Source: Atractiella rhizophila
Lineage: Eukaryota
DNA: 64,000 bases
Reading direction: 5' to 3'
Assembly: GCA_021432655.1 (NCBI GenBank)
Contig: MU271196.1
Span: forward strand, 1-64,000
Shown here: in pieces, positions 1 through 13,084 of the stretch
How the letters are laid out: each line of letters begins with the position of its first letter
Position numbering within the stretch: position 1 is the stretch's first letter
Notes under the pieces: model-generated
Told to the model about the DNA's origin: nothing
The model's database searches: none
Seen by the model: the letters and a program-made list of their open reading frames with translations, nothing else
Translations under genes and position numbers: made by a program

Positions 1-690
1 TCCTTCCGCGATAGATCAGAGAGGGACAGTCATTACCATCCCTATGCTGCACCATCCAATATCTCACGCATGACACGCACCTTCTCCATGTCTCAGATCC
101 CCGCCCCTCCGCCGACCTCGCCATTGCGAGAATCCCGCTTATCTCCCTCTCCAATGGAGGATACTTCGCATATGGCTACTCCCAAACGTGGCGGAGGTAG
201 CAACTCCACTAGGGGCTACCCCACTCCGAGCTCGAATAAGAAGAACAAGACCTCGAACGAGAGCCTAAGGAGCCTGTCTGCAGCGACTAAGACGTCGGGG
301 AGGCCGATGCCAATGGGTCGATACAGTAGTGAATGTGGAACAGCGCCATCGTTCGTCGGGACGCTGAACAAGAAGAGCTCGATTTCAAGTATGTCGAGCG
401 TCTCGAGCCAAGAGAGCCTCCGAGCACCACTATTCGGTCCAAACGCGACTGACTGGATGCGACGACCGTCGTTGGAGCAGCCCAGTCCTTTCCTTCTCTC
501 TCTCGGCAGCCCGATCTCGAGCACAAGTACGCTGTATGATGGGTCGAAGAGAGGGAGCATCGGGAGCGTCAGTACATTAAATATCAGTGAAACAGAGGCA
601 GACGATGTCGAGATGATTGATGCGGAGGCTACTGTCGTTTGGAAGTCTAACAACACAAGTGGTTTGGATAAGCCTTTTGGAGGATGGTAG
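1..690 (+). CDS. 3' end of a gene entering the window; Ser/Pro/Thr-rich low-complexity C-terminus, product unknown
   Basis: Open frame ending at TAG 688-690, followed by a T-rich 3' UTR-like stretch. No domain recognised. Confidence 0.6.
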   Translation, partial: SFRDRSERDSHYHPYAAPSNISRMTRTFSMSQIPAPPPTSPLRESRLSPSPMEDTSHMATPKRGGGSNSTRGYPTPSSNKKNKTSNESLRSLSAATKTSGRPMPMGRYSSECGTAPSFVGTLNKKSSISSMSSVSSQESLRAPLFGPNATDWMRRPSLEQPSPFLLSLGSPISSTSTLYDGSKRGSIGSVSTLNISETEADDVEMIDAEATVVWKSNNTSGLDKPFGGW

Positions 691-1363
691 AGATTGTTTT
701 TTTTTAAGTTTTGATTGATTTGATAGCATTTTATTCCACTCAATGATGTTAGTACGAAGAAGAAAAGAAATAGTGTAATGGTTCTCTCAGCTTGTGTGGA
801 AGTTTCTTGCTCTGTTCTGCTTTGTTTACCCTATCCTTTCTTTGCCTTTGGTTCCACATCACTGTCATTATTCGTCCTGTCTACTACTCTCATGAACTTG
901 CTCACGCGCTTCTTTGATAAGTCTTTCACCCCTCTGTTCAGTATGTTAAATCCTTTAACCGTCGATATCAGCTTTTATTCTTGATAGCTTGGTCTGATTC
1001 ATCTCTTCGACTTTCGTAAAATACACGGAACTCTTCAAATTGTTATCTTGATCTTAACTGATGAGCCTGACGTTCACCCAAATGTTCAACCTTCTTTATT
1101 GCCTCATCAGGCCAGTACTGACTCGGTAATTCATGAAGTGTGAAAGAATTTGGATGTAGCACTTTGTCATTATGCTGAATCTTACTGACGCTACTCTGCG
1201 TCGTGATCAACGGTTCTTATACTTGGAGGACTGAAGAACTTTCCGATCACTGACAGCCTCATTTGACCACAGGCTCTGGAACGGTAAATGTAATGTGAAA
1301 AGCAATGATTGCATGGAGAAGCAAAACATGTAAACCATAAGACATAACGTTCGTCGCAGGCGT

Positions 1364-2854
<1,491 letters not shown>

Positions 2855-2857
2855 GAC

Positions 2858-3234
2858 CTGCTTCCACAACCGTACGTTAGAACGGAGCTACTTAGAGCTT
2901 AGAGGCAGGAGTAAATGCTGAAGTATTTATGTGTCAGAAAGTACAAGATCTGGCACATGTGTATCAATTGGAGCTTGCAAATAGGCAATTAAGAGGTGAA
3001 TAAAGAAACGACTACGTGGTGTTCAACAACCGGTGAGAGTTTTTGCAGCATGAGTAGCCAGAAGTAAATAACGCTGCATAGTCAGTAGACTTCGAGGCAG
3101 TCAATGAAGCTCTCAACGTCTCTTTCCTATTTCCAACCTGCAGAAAGGCAGGGCCTCCTTCAAACTTGCCGTCGCCATATAAAAGCGGAGCAACCCTTTA
3201 TCACTCAAAGAATGAGAACACATACCTTACTTAC
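2858..3234 (-). other. Probable long (about 370 nt) 5' UTR intron of RPL3
   Basis: A CAG acceptor lies 3 nt upstream of the ATG, preceded by a CTAAC branch point. Candidate donors GTAAGT/GTATG lie at 3221-3234. Confidence 0.6.
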
Positions 3235-3424
3235 AAATTTACTCCTACCAAAGTCCCTGCACCGTTGACGAGATCGTTAGCCAGAGAAAAATAAAAAATA
3301 AGCAGCCGCAAGACCACAACCCTAACTCTCCGTGAATCTCTACCCGAAAAAAAACTGAACTCCGACTCGCTTCAGCTTCCTTGAAACTTTGAAAGGCATC
3401 AGACTTGGAATATAGTATAGAGAT

Positions 3425-4510
3425 ATGGGGAATACGGACTCTGATGGGTTTACTACGGTGCAGAAGAGCAAATCGACCAGATCGAAGGGGAAGGGCAAAT
3501 CCAAAGCGTTAGCCAGGAGCGCTGAGCGATCGGATCGCATGGAGGGACTTTTATCAACTCAGGTTGGAGATGCTGATGGATCAGGGGATGTTCATATGGA
3601 ATTGGATGGCGAAGCGGAAACTGCAGCTGGAGGGGAAGCTGAAGGGGATGCAGATGAGCTGCTGATTGGGACCGGAGACAGGGTCCCGCCATGGGAGGAC
3701 GCTGGCACTTCAGAGGGTTCCTCTTTGCCTTCCACCACACCGAGTATAGCAACTGCACCGACTTCAGCCTTTTCTTTCGCCCCCATTTCTCACAACACCA
3801 CTCAATCCTCCGTTCAGATGCGCAAGCTCTCCATTCCGCCCCATCGTATGACACCTCTCAAGAAGGAGTGGGAGAAGTTGTATACACCACTTGTAAAGGA
3901 GTGTGGGCTGAAAGTGAGAGTTAATCCATCAAAACGGACTGTGGAAATCAAGGTGCGCTTTTTGACAGAAAGCAGGAAGGACTGTGTTGATAATGACAGT
4001 AGACAAGCAAACATACACCAGCGTCAAGTACACTACAAAAAGCCATCGACTTCCTCACAGCCTTCATGCTTGGGTTTACACCGGAAGATTCCCTTGCCCT
4101 TCTACGGATGGATGACCTGTACATTGTGTGTCATTTCTGGTCTTCCTCTGTAGTCACACTTAAGCACTAGATTAGGAATCCTTTGAGGTCAAGGACGTGA
4201 AACAAATACTCTCAGGCGATCACCTATCTCGTGCAATCGGACGAATCGCAGGCAAAGACGGAAAGACGAAGTTTGCAATCGAAAATGCTTCTCGGACACG
4301 CGTTGTGTTGGCAGATCAGTATGTATTTCTGTTCTCATTGTAGAAGTTCCCTAATATTCTGCTGGATGCAGGAAAATTCATATCCTTGGAACATTCCAAT
4401 CGATCAAAATTGCAAGAGACGCAATTTGCCAGCTGATCCTCGGAAGTCCTCCAGGCAAAGTTTATGCTGGATTGAGGAATGTGGCTGCCAAGCAGAAGAT
4501 GAGAGGATAA
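3425..4510 (+). CDS. PNO1: Pre-rRNA processing KH-domain protein Pno1/Dim2
   Basis: [26 protein letters not shown]; later exons [33 protein letters not shown] and [31 protein letters not shown]. Confidence 0.95.
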
Positions 4511-5109
4511 TCCTTTCCAGTTGGCATGAGACTTTAGCTTGTCCTTGTATTATTGTTGTAATCCTTCTCTCTCCAGAATTAAACAACCGTAGAACGTTCA
4601 AAAGTCCCTACGAAGTCCTGCCACATTGACAGGTTGATGTATTTGATGGAATTTGATGACGGTGGCTGACCCACAACGATACCTGATGATGATGTCGCGT
4701 CAAGCAGCATTTCGCGTTGTGTGCGTCTCAGCAACAGCAATCTCAATAAAACACGAAGAAGTTGGTGGGTGTGCCGCACAATGATACAGTAGCGCGTTGG
4801 AGCTGAGAGAAAAGACACGGTATATTTGGTAAGTTGTACCCATTTTCCGCCAACGGAAAGGGAAAAACGGGCCGGGAAAAGAGGCCAAAAGAAACCCGCC
4901 AAAATTTGCCCACAAATGCCCTTCAAACCGTTCCACAAGGCCAAACAAGGCCGTAACCCTTCCAACGCCCCGGGAAGGGAAAAAGGGTACGAAGGTCTGT
5001 GGGACGCAGTGAGGATAGGGCGTGGATTCAGGGACTTATGGAGCCAATTCGAGGTTTCTATGGCCCGAGTTCCAGCGAACAGTCGTTATTGAGTGGATCA
5101 TATTCTGCT

Positions 5110-7604
5110 ATGGACCTCCCAAGAATCCCGAAGAAGAAAGACTCGCCCTCGAAAAGGAAGATAGATCCCCATGCTTTGCAAGAAATGGTTGGTCAGAACA
5201 TGCAGAAGAGGTTGGAGCGCGACGCACAGACGAAAAAGAAAAAGCTCAAGGAATCTTCGACTGTGGCGTCTAGCTCAGAGAAAAAGACGACGCCAAAACC
5301 CACTGCGTTGAAGCGGAAGCAGGAGGCGGAGAGCGAAAAACGCCAGGAAGCTGAAGCAAAACAGAAAGCGCTCAAAGAGAAAGCGCTTAAGTTCGTCGCC
5401 CCATTTCCTTTGTTGTTCGGACTTAACCAGTCGCGGTACAGGGAAGCCAAAGCCAAGTGGTCTGACGAGTCTGATGGAGAAGTCGACCTCGAGCAGCTCT
5501 TACGAAAGGAATCGCATGGGGGCGAATGGGATGACGAAGAGGACGGGAGGAAGTCTGAGCGTGGGAAGAAGAAGAGGAAAGCTGAGTGGGTCAAAAATAT
5601 AGAACGAACCACTTCAGTTGTAAAGAATGGCAAGAAGCGACGCGCCAACGAGATCCTGACCACCCCCGTCGCGAGTTCGAAAAAGGCGAAATCCCTCAAG
5701 TCTTCTCCCGTGAATCTCGACACGCCTCAAAATGCAAACGACCTCATCAATCATCGCACTGGTTCTCCCTCTTCGTGCGTTTCATTCATGCCTTCTCCCT
5801 CTCGGCCAGAGGTCTCTCGGCGCTGTCCCTTTTGCAACGACCCTCTTCCTTCCTCCTTGTCCCTGAAGCTGGAGAGCCTTCTCGTATATCTGCGTTCGCA
5901 GGAGCACTGCATCCCCAAACCAACTCTTCTTAACCCTGACGGTCTTTCGCTTCCTCTTGGACAGGTAGCTCCCTTCTGCGCAGGACATCGGAATGAATGC
6001 GTTGTGGTACCGGAGGGCAAGAAGAAGTGGAAGGCATGGAAAGTCGATTGGACTAGATTGCCAAGGTGCGTCTTCACGCTCCATTCCTCTTCAATATTTG
6101 TGCATGCTGATTGGAAAAAACTAGCCGAGTGAGAGACTTCAAATGGTATTCGACAATGCAAGGGATTATATTCCAGCCAGAGTCGAGCAAGTTCTTCGTG
6201 GCTGCAAAAAATGAGTGGGAGTCCAAAGGTAAGAGGAAGATGAAGAGTGCGATGTCCGAATACGAAACGTTTGAGGTTCAAATACCTGGCTAGTTGGTTT
6301 TCTATCTCTGGGAAAAGGGCCGAAACCGAAACAAGATGGACAGCTACGGCGACCGCGGTTCCGTTGTGATCTACGAAGCACTTAGAGAGCAATACGTTGT
6401 GGAAGATGCTATTCTCGATGACAGCCGCTCTGCTCCATTGGACAAGGCCACTTTCATCAGGCGTGTCCTCTTGCCAGAAATTGCCATGCGTCTTATTATG
6501 GAAGACGAAGGTCTGTCGAGTCTCGAAGAGGCACGAGAGGTGATGGAAAAGAGTCGAGATTTCGGAAGGGCTGTTTGGCCCGATGTTGATGAGGACGAGG
6601 AGAGGATCAACGAGCAGGAGTACAAGAAGGAATTAAAGCGGAAGAAGAAAAGGCATGAGAAGGACAAGGAAAAGGCGTCAGATGCACGGGTTGAATGCTC
6701 TGACGCTGACATGGACGATCACGAACGGAAGAAAAGAAAAGGTGATACAACGGTAGAAAGGGACGGTGGGCAGAATGATGAGAAGAAGAGGCGACGTCCG
6801 AATCGCGCCAAGCACATCTCATCCAACAAACCGTCGACGAAAGAAAATAGCGAGCCAAATAATTCGTCCGAGGCAGAAAGGGATGTGAGCAAAAAGAAGG
6901 AAGTGGTGGATTCCGGAGCAGAGGCTGAAAGTCGAGACAAAGCAGACAGGCCGAAGGAGAGGAGAAAGCCTAAGCGTCTCAAAGACCTTTCTGCCCTTTC
7001 CGGACTATCCAACGAGGATACAGGATCGTCGATAGAGGTGTTTGCATCACTTTTCACGGACGAGAAGCGTTCAAAGTCAAAGGCTTCCAAGCGCGAAGCT
7101 GCCCGGTATTCTCTATCAAGTGCGACGTCTTCTCGTCACGCAGCAGAAACATTAGCGCACCAGAAACCGCCACGAAGCAAGCTCAGTTCCAATAATAAAT
7201 TGTTTGCTGCTCCTCTGTCACCCAAACGTACAAATAGCGTCTCTTCTTCTCGTTCCCACAGCCGAAACAAGAGCTCGACATCTGCGAAAGGTGGTCCCAT
7301 CGACCTCGATGCAGACTCGACGACGGAAGTGGAAGACGAAATTGAGAGCGATTTCAGCGACGCCAAGTCCAAATCCGCAAAGTTAGGCAGCAAGCAGAGG
7401 TCGCTGGAACTTTTTGCTGATGAGGGAGTGAAAGACGTGTCGCTGTCGGATGTGAAGAAGAAGCGAAGGGGAAAGAAAAAGGAGGAGTCCAGCACTGCTT
7501 CCAGCGATTCGGACGAGCCGAAGCGAGCTTCGAAACGTCCACCGTCTACTCAGGAGTCTGTGGACTCGTATGGATTCGATGGTGACCTCGTTAATATCGA
7601 ATGA
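5110..7604 (+). CDS. RTC4-like domain protein with long Lys/Glu/Ser-rich disordered flanks
   Basis: CPFC...FCAGH Zn-binding-like motif, then YGDRGSVVI...FIRRVLLPEIAMRLIMED...AREVMEKSRDFG, which resembles the fungal RTC4 domain. Introns lie near 6066-6124 and 6293-6343. The start is uncertain (alternative ATG at 5038). Confidence 0.75.
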
Positions 7605-7926
7605 CTGCGTTTTTTTGCTTTTGCAACCCTGGCTGCTTTGAGGCGGCATATCATTGTCCAATACTATCGCTTATAATCGAGAGCGTTTCGATTCAGAAGC
7701 TCTTTCATTATCGGGGACGCCTTGCATGCATGCCTTTCTCTGAAGATGATGAAAATGAAAGGTCCATTTCGCAATTGCTAATGACTGAAACTATGCACTA
7801 AAAGTACTGAATTGACACATTAGGAGAATCCGATCCTCGTAAAACTACAACAAAAACAAAGGCAAAGACATGCTTGACAGCAGAAAAGCTCACTGTACTA
7901 AAAAGATTCATCGTCAGGTGGTTAGG

Positions 7927-8410
7927 TCATCGACCAAAGTGAACAGCCTTCTTGTCAAGTGGCATGCCATCGGGCCCAATCCCATGTCTAGCAAGATACC
8001 TCTGCTGCCTGATGAGCCGTGCCTGTATGATCCAAGATAACCCAATCAGTCAACCAGCATTCCAATCCTCACCAACAAGACCGAGCAGCAAAGCAAAGGG
8101 GGTAGCAAAAGCGCACCTCATCGAACCCCACTCCCCTCTCCTCCATGATCCTCCTCACCTCATCCGCCGCGCTCTCTTCCAATCCACCCCTCGTATCTCC
8201 ACTCTCCACATTCGCGCTGAGATCGAACGTGCTGCTCGACAATCCCGCGCCGATGGCTGATTCGAAGGTTGGGAGCCGCTCGTATTGCGTGAACCGGGAG
8301 CGGATGCGCGGGGGGAGGTGTGGGATGAGCCGGTTGCGGAGCAGGAAGGCGAGGCCGAGGAGGACGAGGAGGAAGAGACCGACGAGGGAGGTTGTGTAGA
8401 AAGATGGCAT
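7927..8410 (-). CDS. UPF0357/DUF2015 family small membrane protein (YCL012C-like)
   Basis: N-terminal TM helix, then FESAIGAGLSSSTFDLSANVESGDTRGGL...VRRIMEERGVGFDE|ARLIRQQRYLARHGIGPDGMPLDKKAVHF. One intron. Confidence 0.85.
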
Positions 8411-8751
8411 GTTGCTCCTGTAAAGCTGATTAGTTACGCGTGTCCATGAATGTCCCAGACAGCATCTCATGGCTTTGTAATGATAGTATTGTTGGGAACA
8501 CACAAGCCTGGCTCTTTGAGATGGTACCAGTTCCTTGTTCCCAACACCAGTGGGCAAAGTCAAGAGCAGCTCACCGGATCAAGTCTTTAGACGCACTATT
8601 ACACTTCTCACCGTCTAACTCAAAACAAAGGGAGTCCAAAGTAAAGTCCCTTTGAGACTGTTTGAAATGTCCTTGCCGTAGTCTCTCTGGCATAGTGACC
8701 AAGAGAACCAAGAACAGAGAACAGCACTGCAACGACCAAGTACCTTTGGAG

Positions 8752-9460
8752 ATGTATCTCAAAGAGGCCCGTCACAGGGTACTGAGCATCATCCAGCGCT
8801 TCTACTCCGTCCTCCTCGTCTTCCAGTTCCTCCTCCTCCAAGGCTCCACCTTCCACACACACGTCATGCTTGTTCGCATCCTCTCCATGCTTCGTCTCGA
8901 GCTCTCTTGGTGCGTTGTCCTCCTCATCCATTGCGGTACGGAAAAGGGTGATGGTGTTCTGTTCTTGCTGGGTCGGTAGTCAGAGCTCGACAAAGAGCTT
9001 TCGCTTCTTGATGGGTGTCTCAGCTGGCATCACCCTCCTCATTTCATTAATACACCAGTTGGAGCCTCCGAATCCACTCTATAGCAAGAGATCGATAATA
9101 ATAGACTTTATCACTCAAGGTGCTCTCCCTTCCGCCATGATTCTTTCATATTTGACCAAAATGACAGTTCCAATGACGAACCGTCTACACATCCTCCTCT
9201 CCGACCTCGTCCTCGGTCTCGTCCAATTAATCTTTATTGTCCTCTGCTGGGACTTTCATCATCATAGAGAAGAGGAGGAGGAAGATGTGGCGAACCCTTT
9301 CAAGAAGGAGCTTTTCGTTCTACGAGCTTCTGACGTCTGGGAACGCGTTTCAAATCCCAAAGGTGCTGTCGGGCTGAGCACGATCCCGTCGATGGAGAGA
9401 GGCAGTGGGGATGAGGAAACGCTACCCTTACATGCTCTACGAATACGGACATCAGAGTAG
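8752..9460 (+). CDS. DUF1746-like membrane protein (Dsc4/Vld1-like)
   Basis: Hydrophobic spliced ORF with the motif IIIDFITQ...RLHILLSDLVLGLVQL, resembling DUF1746. Introns at about 8910-8978 and 9120-9168. Confidence 0.6.
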
Positions 9461-9549
9461 TCCGGGTGATGACTAGACAAAAGAGGTGCTTCTCTCTCGT
9501 CTTCACTTTCACAATGAGGCGGTTGACACGTTGAATGATGTAGGAACCA

Positions 9550-10904
9550 TTAATCCTCAAATTGCAGAAATGCCTTCTCTTCCCTCCACGCCTCCTTCAC
9601 ACCTCCAACTTCCTCCGCACACTCCTTCTCGCAAGATAACACGAACACAGTACTCCACTCCCATCTACCCCTCCCCTTCTTCTTCTCCGCTTCCTCCTCC
9701 CCCTCCACCTCGTCAACCTTCGGCCACACCTCCTCGAGCGCTGGCATCAGCTGCAGTTCGAACACGCGCTTCGATTTGCACTTTTCACACCTCGCCACCT
9801 TGGACGAATCGAACTCCCTCTCGTCCACCTCATCCTCATCCTCTCCCTCTCCCTCCTTGAGAGGAAAGAGCAAATCGAACGTCTCCCCCTTCCCAGTAAA
9901 CGCCAGCGGCACACCCCCGAAATCGTGTCTGACGACTTGGTTGGGAAACGGTCGAACGCGGTCTTGGAACTCGACGAAGATGTCGTCTACGGAGAGCAGG
10001 GATGAGAGGGCGGACGGCCGCTCGTAGGCTTCATTCGTCCATTCCGGACCGCCGGATGATTCGAGGGAGGATGAGGGAGGCGGTGGTGCTGGACCCGCTT
10101 TCTTCTTCGGCGGTGGAGGCTCGAGCAGGGTGTCAACGTATTGAGGTGCATAGGAGGGGAGGTTGGATGTATCTTTCCAACCTAGTAGGGAATGCTTTAG
10201 CTGTGGCTTGGGATGGAAAAGAAGGACGTACTGGTTCCGTGAGAGGAGGTTGCTTTAGATGGAGCAGGGGGTGTACCTTTCTTCTCGTCTTTCGGTTTCG
10301 CAGGCATGGGAGCGGGAGAGGGATCAAAGAGGAGATTCCCCAAGCCGTTAGAGATCGTGGCGGCCTCAGCATTCATCTGCGCATGCAATTGATATCCTTC
10401 CTTTCATGCTAGACGTTTGGACAAGTGGCCTACCATAAATGGGTTCCCAATCGGTTTCTCGTCTTTCTCCTGCTCTTCTTCAGCAGAGGCAGCTGCAAAG
10501 CTCTCATTCCATCTCGTCGCTCTCCACGCGCGCACGCTCTTTCTTCCCATCTTTCATAAGCTCATTCTCTTCCTTCCCTAGCTTATAAAAATAAGAAAGA
10601 AAGGAAATAAACACACCTTGCCCTTCCTCTGACACTCTTTATCCTCGCATCCCCAAACATACAGCACCCGATCAAAGTTGGACTCTGGCAACGGACAATA
10701 GATCTGCGTCAACAGCGGCATCTTCTTCTTACACGCCACACAGTCGGAGCACGAGACGGGAGGGGCTGCTGAGAGGGGGAACACGGGGAAGCCCCCGAGA
10801 CGGGAGATGGTGTAGTCGCCCAGGTCGGGAGAGGAGGTGATGACCCCATCGGCGAATCCGAGGATGGGCGCGGAGTCTTCGCTGTACTCTGATGCGGGTG
10901 CCAT
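9550..10904 (-). CDS. TSR4: PDCD2-like 20S rRNA accumulation protein Tsr4
   Basis: SRLGGFPVF...CVACKKKMPLLTQIYCPL...DRVLYVWGC at the N-terminus; CEKCKSKRVFELQLMP...WEWSTVFVLSCEKEC...WREE at the C-terminus (PDCD2_C). Confidence 0.9.
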
Positions 10905-10981
10905 GGGCAGTGCTTTATCGTGTCTTAGCAGCCGTCACGAAAGATAGTAATCGCTTTCGCTTTGCTTTTTCTTTCGATCAG

Positions 10982-10990
10982 GAAAAATTT
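10982..10990. promoter_or_regulatory. RRPE-like motif upstream of TSR4
   Basis: GAAAAATTT about 80 bp upstream of the ATG. Similar motifs precede NIP1 and UTP4. Confidence 0.35.
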
Positions 10991-11787
10991 GGTTCCTTTC
11001 GGCGATACATTGTGCGTATGACCGACACTTGCATTTGCACACTCCAGTGAAGACTTTTCAAGTTGTGCTTCTGATAATTAGCGGATGTGCTTTGAACCTT
11101 CGGGGCCTCTTACGCTGCAGCTGCAACAGAGCGGATGACACCGCGAATCGTGTGGCTTCTGAAGCGAGAGATGGTTTCGGCTGAGCCTTCAAAGCTAGTA
11201 ACAACATTCCTTCAAGTGAAAATCTTAGAGTGACACCCTCTTCCGGAAGACGCAGAAAGACGTTGTTTCTTAGTGGAACTGTTTCGTTACTGTGATGAGG
11301 AAGAGATGATTGCCAAAGCCCAAATCCAGCGGACCAGTCTTGGCCATACCCTAGGATGGCAATACATTTTAACGCCTTCATTCGCCTCCGTGTGGACAAG
11401 ACTTCTCTCCCTTCCTCCCAAGCATGTAGGGACGCTGTCAAGATCGAGTGTTGATCTAATCCGCTCTAATCATGCCTCCAATCCCCAAAACAAAGGAGTT
11501 GGACCGTTATTCAGACCAGAGCACCGAAGTATGGAACATTCAACTTCAATTTTGAGCGATGGTCGATGATTGGAACATATCTCGCCGTCCCCCGAGTCCC
11601 ATGATTTAAAGGCCATCGTTCCAATTCATTCCTCTCCTCGCAGGATAGACTGATCCATTCGCCTCCTCTACTCCCTTTCTCTTTCGTCGTGCATTGCAGC
11701 CTTCGCAGACTAGTACTTCTTTCAGTTCCGTAGCAGTCCCTACTCTCGCTTTCATACACTATCGTTTATCAAATCGTTGCCGTCAAC

Positions 11788-13084
11788 ATGCCTTCTTCCT
11801 TTAATGTCAATTTCTTCGCTATTTCCCTTATCGCAACCCTCTCCTCGGTTGTGAATGGCTATATTCCCGTCGGTGGTCCGCCTTGTACAGTCCTTGGAGC
11901 CCCTTGCAACTGTCGGTTTCTCACATGCTAGCTCTTCTCCTTCGACAGCTGATGGAGGAAGTTAGTTCAATATGATTTCGATGGGAGCACTTTCACTGTC
12001 AATGCTTTTTGTGGAGGTTCGTTCGATCCTCGCCCTCTTTTTCTGATACTGAACTCATACGCGTAGGATCTGGAACCGATCTTTTTTGCGCTGGTGCGTG
12101 TTAAGATTTGCCCCGAAAGAATGGCACAAACCCCGCTGGCAGATAATGGAGCTCCTTGTGCTGAGGATGGTGATTGCTACAGTTCGTTTCCTCTCTTTCC
12201 TTGTTAACTTTTCTTTCACGCTGACGCGTATCGCAGATTCGTGCGTTTCCTATTTGTTCTCCCATCTACATTAATTTGACGGTTGAGCCCTCCTCAGTTG
12301 TGGAACGACGGATGGTGTTTGTGGTGCGTCTTTCCACCTTTTCCTTGACGACTAATTGACCGGTTCTTGGATTTAGGTGGCGTCGGTAAGGTTGTTAAAT
12401 CCCATCACGAATTTCTACTGATCTTCGACCTCCTAAGGTGCTGCATGCAACACTCAAGGTTTGTTGTCCATTCTCCTGTTTCATGATTTCACACCTTCGT
12501 AGATCCATTTGAACACGAGCAAGTGGGTACTCCCTCACATCTGAAGGGTGCAACTGAACGGAAAACAGTTGGAAACCGCCTGCAACACGCCCGGTGCGCC
12601 ACCTCTCTCTATTTTCTGCTTGCAATTATTGACTCTCTTTCTCCATTGAAAGGTGCCATCTGTTCCACCGACAGCGGCGTTACAGGCGTCTGCCTCGACG
12701 CCGTCTCAGCCGCAGGTCGTAGGACTCGCTCCTTGCGTGAAAGGGACACTCGGTACCAATTGGCTTTGAACTACTGCAATGGCGGCGGTAAGCAGGTGTG
12801 CGAGATCAACGGCAAGTTCGAATGTGTGGATACGTTCAACTCGCTCGAATACTGCGGTGGCTGTCCCGGTTCAAAGGTGCTCTCGAGGAAAAGAGGACTT
12901 ATTGGGGAGTGGACCGATTGCATGAATTTAGAAGGCGCTGACGACGTGGCTTGCGTCGCTGGTGGATGTGTCATCAGTACGCTTTTTCCCTCTTTAGAAC
13001 TTGATCAAATTCATAAATTTTCCATGGATAGATACTTGTGTTGACGGTTTCATGCTCTTCGACAATACTTGTATCCGAATCTAA
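11788..13084 (+). CDS. Secreted cysteine-rich protein with a C-terminal PriA/CPL1-like domain; many micro-exons
   Basis: Signal peptide MPSSFNVNFFAISLIATLSSVVNG. C-terminal FECVDTFNSLEYCGGC...DCMNLEGADDVACVAGGCVI..C..GF. Internal exon structure is uncertain. Confidence 0.75.

Noticed and set aside
1058..1145. CTGATGAG ... GAAA resembling a hammerhead ribozyme core, with the inverted repeat ctgatgag/ctcatcag
   Set aside because: I could not form stems I-III around the core; the CTGATGAG pairs with a downstream complement instead.
4646..4690. TGATGA...CTGA resembling C/D snoRNA boxes
   Set aside because: Box spacing is too short, and I saw no terminal stem or recognisable rRNA guide.
5193..7495. 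Long Ser/Phe-rich antisense ORFs opposite the RTC4-like gene (similar cases opposite NIP1, UTP4 and the GFA gene)
   Set aside because: These are shadow ORFs of Lys/Glu-rich sense coding sequence.
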